A stretch of 20,000 bases of DNA. Source: Chiloscyllium plagiosum. Taxonomy: Eukaryota. Each line of letters opens with the position of its first letter. Position 1 is the stretch's first letter. The stretch covers positions 35,895,852 to 35,915,851 of the forward strand of contig NC_057719.1 in assembly GCF_004010195.1 (NCBI RefSeq), read 5' to 3'. The notes beneath the pieces are model-generated. The model had not been told where the DNA came from. It did no database searches and worked only from the letters and a program-made list of their open reading frames with translations. The translations under genes and the position numbers were made by a program. Of this stretch, positions 11,603-20,000 are shown in pieces.

Positions 11603-11667
11603 TGCATGAAAATAAAGTTGAAGTACAGATCAGTTCGAATCTATTTGAATGGTGAAATAATCTGATG

Positions 11668-11858
11668 TCGGAAGTGGGTACTGCAGATGCTGGAGACAAG
11701 AGTCAAGATTGGAGTGGTGCTGGAAAAGGACAGCAGGTCAGGCAGCGTCCGAGGAGCAGGAAGATCGACGACGAAGGGCTTTTGCCCGAAATGTTGATCT
11801 TCCTGCTCCTCGGATGCTGCCTGACCTGCTGTCCTTTTCCAGCACCACTCCAATCTTG
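11668..11858. mobile_element. Young inverted short Penelope-type element forming a 68-bp palindrome, with a 12-bp TSD
   Basis: Arms 11703-11770 and 11792-11859 are reverse complements with 3 differences. The loop holds GACGA-A-GGGC-TTTT-GCCC-GAAA. AATAATCTGATG is repeated at 11656-11667 and 11859-11870. Confidence 0.92.
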
Positions 11859-12091
11859 AATAATCTGATGGGCCGAATGACCTATTTTGTTTGTAACGTT
11901 CCAATTTTCATGAACAAATAGCAAGGCTTCACAACAGGAAATAAAGATCTGGCACACAGGAAACACATGCAGAGCTTGAAATGTAGAGTTTTTAACCTAT
12001 GTATGCAGTTTTTACTGATCAGTCTTAAAAACTGTGAATAGAGAATAAGATGATATGAAAGATGTGCCAAATCAAGTTAGGCATCTAAGTA

Positions 12092-12288
12092 CAAAAAAAT
12101 GGAAATTTCTGGAATGAGCTCAGCATTCTATCTATAGTGAGAAATCAGAGTTAGTTGAGTTCTGAGGAATGGCCACTTGACCCGAAACGTTAACTCTGAT
12201 TTCTCTCCACAAACGCTGCCAGACCTGCTGAGCTTTTCCAGCAATTTCTGTTTTTGATTAACAGCATCTGTAGTTCTTACAGTTTTAA
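12092..12288. mobile_element. Short Penelope-type element (second subfamily) with inverted 5' arm, hammerhead motif and TSD
   Basis: GAGAAATCAGAGTTA (12139-12153) is complementary to TAACTCTGATTTCTC (12191-12205). Flanks are TTAGGCATCTAAGTA (12077-12091) and TTAGATATCTAAGTA (12289-12303). Confidence 0.85.
12157..12196 (+). ncRNA. Minimal type I hammerhead ribozyme motif, best preserved core in the window (helix II weakened)
   Basis: GAGUU-CUGAGGA-A-UGGCC-ACUU-GACCC-GAAAC-GUU-AACUC. Perfect 5-bp helix I, intact CUGANGA and GAAA boxes, palindromic ACGU helix III, two mismatches in helix II. Confidence 0.7.
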
Positions 12289-12761
12289 TTAGATATCTAA
12301 GTATTTAGCATTGCTATATAGGGAGTGCGATTGAGCTTTGGCAATAGACTTGAATTTTGACAATAGGGTGGGGTAATTGTAGATTTTGACAGCATGGATG
12401 CACTCCTTTGATCTGGCATTACTGTGGAATGGGAGCCCCATGGTCAGTAATGTATAATTGGATAGAACTAGAAGATGTGGAATGTGGAGGCAGATTCCCT
12501 AATGGATTTCAAGCCAGCTATGAGAGGAGGCCATGGTGAGGTTCTTGCTTTCCACTCGGTGGGGATGAGGTGTCTTAGACCTGACAGCATTTGTTTTTTA
12601 CTCTGAAAGAAGTTTTTTCAAACATTTGTATTAGATATTTGTCATTGATTGTGGGAAGTTATATCTCCAAGTCAAATCCATCACTCCATGAGCCCAACTG
12701 ATAATTTTAAATTGATTTCCAGTTTAATTATTAATTCAATCTGGATAATTTAATCAACACA

Positions 12762-12891
12762 TTCTTGATGAAGAGCTTATGTCTGAAATGTTGATTCACC
12801 TGCTCCTCGGCTGCTGCCTGACCTGCTGTGCTTTTCCAGTGCCGCACTTTTCAACTCTGATCTCCAGCATCTGCAGTCCTCACTTTCTCCT
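12762..12891 (+). mobile_element. Short Penelope-type repeat with decayed hammerhead motif and complete tail
   Basis: TTC-TTGATGA-A-GAGC-TTAT-GTCT-GAAAT-GTT-GATTC, then CTGCTCCTCGG..GCTGCCTGACCTGCTGTGCTTTTCCAG...CTCCAGCATCTGCAGTCCTCACTTTCTCCT. Confidence 0.85.
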
Positions 12892-15307
12892 AATAGAAGA
12901 ATCACATCTAACATTGGACATGGTATTCAGAGGCTTGTAACCATAGGCATGATGATCATGTGGCTTGCTGTGATTTTGTTATTGGACAATATGTACTAAG
13001 TAATCTTTTTACTATGTTAAGGATTACATTAGAAACCAATTTAAGATTATCAGTAGGGTTCGCAGTGTGAAACATGTGTGTTTCCTAGAAGCAACATATA
13101 TTAACGCGTTAGCCCTGTTTTACAAATGACAAGGGAATGTGTACATATGCTACACCTTTTTCATTGAGGTAAGACTGTCAATCTCTGCAGCATTCTCATT
13201 GCAAAACTTTGATCAATCAGAGTTTACCTGCCTGGCCTGAAAATTTAAGATTTACAGTTAACTGTTCCTGCTGTATCTCCATGCCAACAATGGTTTGACT
13301 AATCATCGCTCTCTTCTCATGTTGTGCAGGTTGATAACCCCTTTTTAACTACCGAGCAATTAGTTCACTATTTCTTAAAAAAAACTCAGTTTGTTGATTC
13401 ATCAACAAACCTGCAAAATATTTTCATATTAATGTTCCCATTGCAAAATGTTTACTTATTTATATAGAACATTCTCATTTCTTGAGTAATTAACAGTTAT
13501 TCATTGTAATTTCTAATATGGCTTAAAGTGAACACAAGTGAATCAATTCTTTCAGCACAATATTCATTCAAAATGACCAGTTCACTAATTTGGAATATAT
13601 GTATAATTAATTTCTTTTAATTAAAGATCTATGTATTAATTGCATTTTCACATGCTAAGCATAGCTGCAAAATCTTATTAAATCGAGTTACATTCAAGGA
13701 GAAAAGCTAATTAGATTGTGTAGATTTACGCACTTTAATAATCTAATCTTTAATTGTGGTATGGAAATTTTAGGCTGGATTGTATCAGCCTGCTGTAGAT
13801 TGACTGGGAGGCAAGAGGTCTCATAAAATGATAGTAAAATTTATTGTAAGGGGAGTGAAACTTTGGCTGCATAACATCCCACTAACCAGAGGTGGCAGGC
13901 AATTAAAGGAATTAAGAGAGAACTGCCAGGTAAACTGTGAAAACATCAATGTGTAAATCTGGAGTGTGGTTGGGTCCTCCTTTATGGCTGTTCAGTGACC
14001 CGTGAAGGAGCTACCCTGCAGCTATGGCACCATTACAGGACAGGATGGTGGCGGGGGAGGTGAACTCCCCTGATGCCCTGGCACATAAATTTAAAAACCT
14101 CGCTGTTTAATGTGCCGCAACATGGAAGCTCCCTTCATCTTGCTGCAGCCCCAACAATGGTCATTTCCTTGTTTTGCCAATGTTGCTAAGCTGCTGGCTC
14201 TCTGACTGGGCTTGCATCTCTAGGAGGCAGACCTCAGTTAGATAACAGTCCTAGAAGCTGCCTCTTGATTAGCTGGTGCCAGCATAATGTCACCTGAGGT
14301 TCTGCTTATGCCTTCACAGGTTTGAGTCTTGCTATTGGTCCCAGTAAGGGGAATTTATCAGAGATAGTAACTCCGCTGGAATCTATTTAACAGTTATTTG
14401 ATTGATTATAATCAAAGAGTCACTTACAACTCAACTGATGTCACTCTCACCTCTGTATTATGTCAAGTAACCAGTTAGAGAGCATGCCATCTCAAACAGA
14501 TATTGTGTACTGAGAGAAGATTAATTAGCACATTGTGGTGTGAGATCTTTTGGGGAAGATTGACCATAACATGGCAGAATTCTTCATTAAGATGGAGAGT
14601 GACACAATTAAATCTGAAACCAGGGTCCTGAACTTAAAGAATTCAGTTGATGGTTTGAGGCATGCATTGGCTAGGATAAGCTGGCCAAGGATACTTAAAG
14701 GGTTGATGGTGAATAGGCATTGGCAGACATATAAAGAATACATGGATGAATTTCAACAATTCTACATCCCTATCTGGTGTTAAAATGAAACAGGGAAGGT
14801 GGCTCTATCATGGCTAACAAGGGAAATTAGGGATAGTGTTAAAGCCAATGGAGAGGCATATAAGTTGGCCAGAAAAAGCAGCCAACCTGAGGACTGGGAG
14901 AAATATAAAGTTTAGCGGAAGAGTGCAAAATGTTTAATTTTGAAGGGGCAAATAGAATATGAAAGTAAGCTTGCAGTCAACCTAAAAACTGACTGCAAAA
15001 GCTTCTGTAAATATGTAAAGAAAAAAAGACTGGTGAAGACAAATGTAGGTCCCATGCAATTAGAATCAGGTGAATTCATAATGGACAACAAAGAACTGGC
15101 AGACCAATTGAAAAAATACTTTGGATCTGCCTTCACTAAGGAGGACACAAATAACCTTAGGAAATGCTACGGGACAGAGGGTCAAGCATGGAGGAAGAAC
15201 TGAAGGGAATCCTTATTAGTAAGGAAATGGTATTGAGGAAATTGATGGGAGTGAAACCCGATAAGGCCCCAACGACTAATGCTCTTCTTCCCAGAGTACT
15301 TAAGGAG

Positions 15308-15900
15308 CAGATATTGAGTACAAGAGTTAGGAGGTCATGTTGCGCTGTACAGGACGTTGGTTAGACCACTGTTGGAATATTGCAATTTCCTATTGGAAAG
15401 ATATTGTGAAACTTGAAAGCGTTCAGAAAAGATTTACAAGGACGTTGCCAAGGTTTGAGGATTTGAGCTATAGGGAGAGGCTGAATAGGCTGGGGCTGTT
15501 TTCCCGGGAGCATCAGAGGCTGAGGGGTGACCTTATAGAGGTTTATAGAGGGGCATGGATAGGATAAATAGACAAAGTCTTTTCTCTGGGGCGGGGAAGT
15601 CCAGAACTAGAGGGCATAGGTTTAGGGTGAGAGGGGAAAGATATAAAAGAGACCTAAGGGGCAACTTTTTCACACAGAGAGTGGTACGTGAATGGAATGA
15701 CCTGCGGGAGGAAGTGATGGAGGCTGGTACAATTGCAACATTTAAAAGGCTTCTGGAAGAGTATATGAATAGGAGGGATTGAAAGGGATATGGGCCAGGT
15801 GCTGGCAGGTGGGACTAGATTGAGTTGGGATATCTGGTCGCCTTGGACTAGTTGGACTGAAGGGTCTGTTTCTGTGCTGTACATTTCTATGACTCTATGA
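15308..15900 (+). mobile_element. 5'-truncated CR1 3' fragment nested in the host CR1
   Basis: KDIVKLESVQKRFTRTLP...RLRGDLIEVY, RGHRFRVRGERYKRDLRGNFFTQRVV, and a 3'UTR ending TCTATGACTCTATGA. The host reading resumes immediately afterwards. Confidence 0.92.
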
Positions 15901-16993
15901 CTTGAAGAGGCGCTAGAAATAGCAGATGCATTGGTGATCATTTTTCAGCATTCTGTAGACTCTGGAAGCATTTCAATGGACTGGAGGGTAGCTAATGTAA
16001 AAAAGGGCAGGAAGTGAGAATATGGGAACTATTTGCTGGTTAGCCTGACATTGGTGGTGGAGAAAAATGCTGGAGTCAATTATTAACGATGTAATAACTG
16101 AGCATTTGGAAAGCAGTGACAGAATCAGTCCCGTTAGCATGGATTCACTAACAGGAAATTGTGCTCGACAGATCTTCTTCTGGAATTCTTTTGAGGATGT
16201 GGCCTGTAGAGTGGACAAATGTGAATCAGTAGATGTTGTTATCTCGACTTTCAAAAGGCTTTTGACAGGGTTCTACATTAGAGATTAGTAAGGAAAATTA
16301 AAACTCATGATATTGACATGAATAGAGAACTGGTTGGCAGACAGGAAGCAGAGAGTTGGAATAAATGGGTCCTTTTCAGAGTGGCAGGCAGTGATGAATG
16401 GGGTGCCACAGGGTTCAGTGCTGGAACCCCAGCTGTTTACAATATATGATTTGGAGGTGACGGTGTTGGACTGGGGTGTACAAAGTTAAAAAACACACAA
16501 CACCAGGTTATAGTCCAACAGGCTTATTTGGAAGCACTAGCTTTCAGAGCGCTGCTCCTTCAGGTGGTTGTGGAGTGTAAGACCGTAAGACACAGAATTA
16601 ATAGCAAAAGTTTACAGTGTGATGTAACAGAAATTATATAATCGGGAAAAGACCTGGATTATTTGTTAAGTCTCTCATCTTTTAGAATGGGTATGTTGGT
16701 TTCGGTGCTTTCATATGTAAATTCCAGAACTTTCTTAAAGTTAAATTTCATTTGAGAATGTAACAATAGTTGCAATACTGGCCCAGATAATGCATTGAAG
16801 GTGTGAGGTGCCCTGTATGAGGCTGTCTGTGCCCCAATGTTCAGACTGATTCTAATCCACAAAAGGGATTTACAGAATCTTGCATGGATTCATGCAGTTT
16901 TTGAACAAAATAAAATGTAACTCTGCAAGTACAAATTCGCCCCACAACGTTATATGTGTGGGCATGTGTGTCCGAGGTGGTATGAGTGTCTGA

Positions 16994-17144
16994 GTGTGTG
17001 TGTGTGTGTGTGTGTGTGTCTATACGTGTATGATTGTGAGTATAAAGGGGTATCAGTCTGTGAGAGGGTGTGTGTGGGAGTGTATGTGTCGGCCTGTGTA
17101 TGAGAGCTGGTCACTAAGTGTGTGTGTGTGTGTGTGTGTGTGTG
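16994..17144. repeat. (GT)n microsatellites (16994-17019, 17118-17144) in the PLE 3' region; complementary CA-rich tract at ~17808-18041
   Basis: Directly visible dinucleotide runs. Confidence 0.95.
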
Positions 17145-17408
17145 GTCCCGGTTGAGGCCATCCCCATGGATACCAAACTTGGCTGCCAGTGTCTGCTCAG
17201 CCACTTTGCGTTGTTGCCTGTCCCGAAGTCAGCCTCTGAGGATGATCACCTGAAGGTCCGAGGTCGAATGTTCCGGACCACTGAAGTGTTCTCCGACTGG
17301 GAGGGAACATTCCTGTCTGTTGATGGTTGTGCAGTGTCCATTCATCCGTTGCTGTAGCCTCTGCTTGGTCTCACCAATGTACCATGCCTCCGGGCATTCT
17401 TGCCTGCA
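17145..17408 (-). pseudogene. Second, inverted copy of the PLE GIY-YIG domain
   Basis: CRQECPEAWYIGETKQRLQQRMNGH...VGEHFSGPEHS, premature stop, then LAAKFGIHGDGLNRDH. Confidence 0.9.
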
Positions 17409-17410
17409 AA

Positions 17411-17797
17411 GTGTCAACATGGATACCAGCATTACATGTGGGGACACCTCCCACCATGTACGTGGCAGGTACTCGTGACTCATCCAACGTTGCCTATATC
17501 ATACGCTGCAGGCAAGGATGCCCTGAGGTATGGTACATTGGTGAGACCGAGCAGAGGCAACAGCAACGGATGAATGGACATCACACAACAATCACCAGAC
17601 AGGAGTGTTCCCTTCCACTTGGAGAACACTTCAGCGGTCCAGGACATTCGACCACAGACCTTCGGGTGATCGTCCTCCAAGGAGGACTTCGGGACAGGCA
17701 ACAACGAAAAGAGGCCAAACAAAGGCTGATAGCCAAGTTCGATACCCAAGAGGATGGCTTCAACCAGGACCATGGGTTCATGTCACACTACAGGTGA
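17411..17797 (+). pseudogene. PLE GIY-YIG endonuclease domain (C-terminal ORF remnant)
   Basis: DSSNVAYIIRCRQGCPEVWYIGETEQR...RMNGH...LGEHFSGPGHS...LIAKFDTQEDGFNQD-stop; frameshift near 17475. Confidence 0.9.
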
Positions 17798-18942
17798 CTC
17801 CACTGCACTACACACCCGCGCGCGCGCACACACACACTCTCCTACCGACCCATACACTCACGCAAACCCTCTCTCATACACAAGCTCTCTCTCATATGCT
17901 CCCACATACACTCGCACACGCTCACACGCACCCTCTCATAGACCTATACCCCTTTACACTCACATTCACACACATATACAGATACACACACACACACACT
18001 CACAGACACTCATACCTCCTTGAGCACACACACCCACACATATAACTTTGTGGGGTGAATTTGTACTTGCAGAATTACATTTTATTTTTCTCAAAAATTG
18101 CATGAGTCCATGTAAGAGTCTGTAAATCCCTTTTGTGGATCAGAATCAGTCTGAACATTGGGGCACAGACAGCCTCACACCTTCAATGCATTATCTGGGC
18201 CAACATGGCACCTATTGTTAAAGATCACTTGAGAAGGTTCTGGAATTTACATATGAAAGAACAGAAGCCAACATGCCCATTCTGAAAGATGAGAGACTTA
18301 ACAAACAATCCAGATCTTTTTTCGATTATATAACTTCAGTTAAATCACAGTGTAAACTTTTGCTATGAATTCTGTGTCCTACAATCTTATACTCCACAAG
18401 GAGCAGTGCTCCGAAAGGTCGTGCTTCCAAATAAACATGATGTTAATATATATTGTAAACCAATATGCCTGAAGGAATTGAATGCAATAACTCCAAACTT
18501 GCAGATGACACTAAGTTAGGTGGCAGTGTATGCTGTGAGGAGGATGCTAAAGGTCTACAGGGTGACTTGGACAGACTGGCTGAGTGGCAACTACTTGCCA
18601 AATGCAATATAATGTGGATAAATATAAAGTTTTTGTTGAGGCCACACCTTAAGTATGGTGTGCAGGTTTGGTCTCTAGTTTGAGGAAAGACACTCTTGCT
18701 ATTGAGGGAGTCCAGCGAAAGTTCACCAGACTGATTCCTGGGGTGGCAGGATTGACATATGAAGAATGTCTGAATCAACTGGGCTTTAGAAGGAATTTAG
18801 AAGAATGAGGGGAGATCTCATAGAAACATATAAAATCCTGATGGGACTAGACAGGCTAGTTGTGGGAAAAGTATTCCCAATGTTGGGGAAGTCCAAAACT
18901 AAGGGTCACTGTCTTAGAATAAAGGGTAAACCATTCAGAACT

Positions 18943-20000
18943 CTCCTTTTCACAGCAGAGAGCGGCGGGAGCTGGGCGGAAGTGAGGTTGGAGCGCAGAG
19001 CTGGTTGGGAAGATAAGTGTTTGATACTTGAGTGGGTGTGTTCTAGACCCCAGGCCCTACATAGTAGGGCCTCCCTCTCATCCTCCTCCTCTAACCTAAC
19101 TTTAAAGTCCACAGGAAAGCTACTCAGTGTTCTTGTTTTGGAGACGAAGTGTAGAGTAATGGCAGCGCAGGCAGTGGAATGTTCCTCCTGCAGGATGTTT
19201 GAGGTAGGGGTGACCACCAATACTCCTGCCGACTTCGTCTGCAGGAAATGCAGTCAGATCCTGCTCCTCACAGAACGAGTTAGGGAACTGGAACTGGAGT
19301 TGGATGAACTGAGGATTATTCGAGAGGCTGAGAGGGTGACAGATAGAAGCTACAGGGACATAGTTACGCCAGAGAACAGAGGTAGCTGGGTAACAGTTAG
19401 GGGTGGGAAGGGGAGGCAGCAGGTAGTGCAGGGATCCCCTGTGGTCATTCCCCTAAACAATAAGTATACCGCTTTGGATACTGTTGGGGGGGACGGCCTA
19501 GCAGGAGTAAGCTGCAGTGACCGGGTCTCTGGCACGAGGTCCGGCTCTGAGACTCAAGGGAAAGGGGGAGAGGAGGAGAGCGCTAGTTATAGGAGACTCT
19601 CTAGTTAGAGGGACGGACAGGCGGTTCTGTGGACATGGGCGAGACGCTCAGATGGTTTGTTGCCTCCCGGGTGCCAGGATCCGAGATGTCTCGGACCGTG
19701 TCTTCAGAATCCTTAAGGGGGAGGGTGTGCAGCCAGAAGTCGTGGTGCACATTGGCACCAATGACATAGGTAGGAAGAGGGGTGGGGAGATCATTCAAGA
19801 GTTAGGGAGTTAGGCTGGAAGCTAAAAGCTAGGACAGACAGAGTCGTCATCTCTGGGTTGTTGCCGGTGCCACGTGACAGTGAGGCAAAGAATAGGGAGA
19901 CAGTGCAGTTGAACACGTGGCTGCAAGGATGGTGTAGGAGGGAGGGCTTCAGATATTTGGACAATTGGACTGCATTCTGGGGAAGGTGGGACCTATACAA
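18943..20000 (+). mobile_element. 5' end of a younger, apparently 5'-complete CR1 (5'UTR plus ORF1) inserted in the host CR1; runs off the right edge
   Basis: Abrupt switch from host ORF2 (...KPFRT) to a GC/CpG-rich leader followed by ORF1 at 19159. Confidence 0.9.
19159..20000 (+). pseudogene. CR1 ORF1: CxxC..CxxC zinc finger, coiled coil, SGNH/GDSL esterase; two frameshifts (~19560, ~19803)
   Basis: MAAQAVECSSCRMFE...FVCRKCSQILLLTERVRELELELDELR; ALVIGDSLVRG; CCLPGA; VVVHIGTND; VVISGLLPVP; LNTWLQGWCRREGFRYLDNW. Confidence 0.92.

Larger units (their letters stand above)
11200..11900 (+). mobile_element. Very old CR1/L2-type 3' end remnant, containing a tandem duplication and a nested short element
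   Basis: TTGAGAGGTGATTTTATTAAGGTATTT (LRGDFIKVF), TCAAGAGGACATCATCTTAAAATGAGA (SRGHHLKMR), and 3'UTR-like GATCAG...TGAATGG / GGGCCGAATGACCTA. Confidence 0.65.
16448..18436. mobile_element. Penelope-like element (PLE): two 5'-truncated 3' portions joined head-to-head (left arm minus, ~16448-17408; right arm plus, ~17409-18436)
   Basis: GIY-YIG endonuclease motifs in both arms, CA-rich 3' region and terminal hammerhead remnants. The arms are reverse complements, with about 9 mismatches per 100 nt in a hand-aligned stretch (16856-16955 vs 18041-18140). Confidence 0.92.
14500..18942 (+). mobile_element. CR1-clade LINE ORF2 (end of EN through RT and C-terminus) split into 14500-15307, 15901-16447 and ~18469-18942 by nested insertions
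   Basis: Collinear motifs: GKIDHNMAEFFI, YESKLAVNLKTDCKSF, PDKAP...LPRVLKE | [28 protein letters not shown] | EGIECNNSKLADDTKLGG, LLRPHLKYGVQVWS, MRGDLIETYKIL...KGHCLRIKGKPFRT. Confidence 0.92.

Noticed and set aside
11641..11966. Similar ORFs on both strands (EWCWKRTAGQAASEEQED)
   Set aside because: Artefact of the 68-bp inverted repeat.
13770..14370. Possible old MITE (GGCTGGATT..., higher GC)
   Set aside because: No matching right terminal inverted repeat or TSD found by eye.
16950..18045. His/Thr- and Cys/Val-rich ORFs
   Set aside because: Translations of CA/GT microsatellites.
18805..19608. Longest ORF (267 aa) as a gene
   Set aside because: Chance in-frame fusion of host CR1 ORF2 C-terminus, the inserted element's 5'UTR and its ORF1, ending after a frameshift.
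1..20000. Prokaryotic systems (CRISPR array, retron, operon)
   Set aside because: No regularly spaced repeats or gene-dense organisation; all RT fragments are CR1-clade LINE sequence in CpG-depleted vertebrate-type DNA.

Overview
Repeat-dominated eukaryotic DNA, most likely intronic or intergenic sequence from a cartilaginous fish (shark-like repeat families; inferred, not verified). Well over half of the window is retroelement debris. There are several CR1-clade LINEs: 3' fragments, one near full-length decayed copy on the minus strand, and a younger 5' end with a zinc-finger/coiled-coil/SGNH-esterase ORF1. There is also a ~2 kb head-to-head inverted Penelope-like element (GIY-YIG endonuclease) nested in a CR1. 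About seven short (100-200 bp) Penelope-type repeats carry decayed minimal hammerhead-ribozyme motifs, often with an inverted arm and an 11-15 bp target-site duplication. No intact protein-coding gene is evident; one 101-nt candidate exon (11049-11149) of an unidentified gene is possible. The most interesting signals are the hammerhead-bearing short retroelements with covarying stems, an inverted target-site copy at the Penelope junction, a 68-bp hairpin, a templated 42-bp insertion and a structured CR1 5'UTR.
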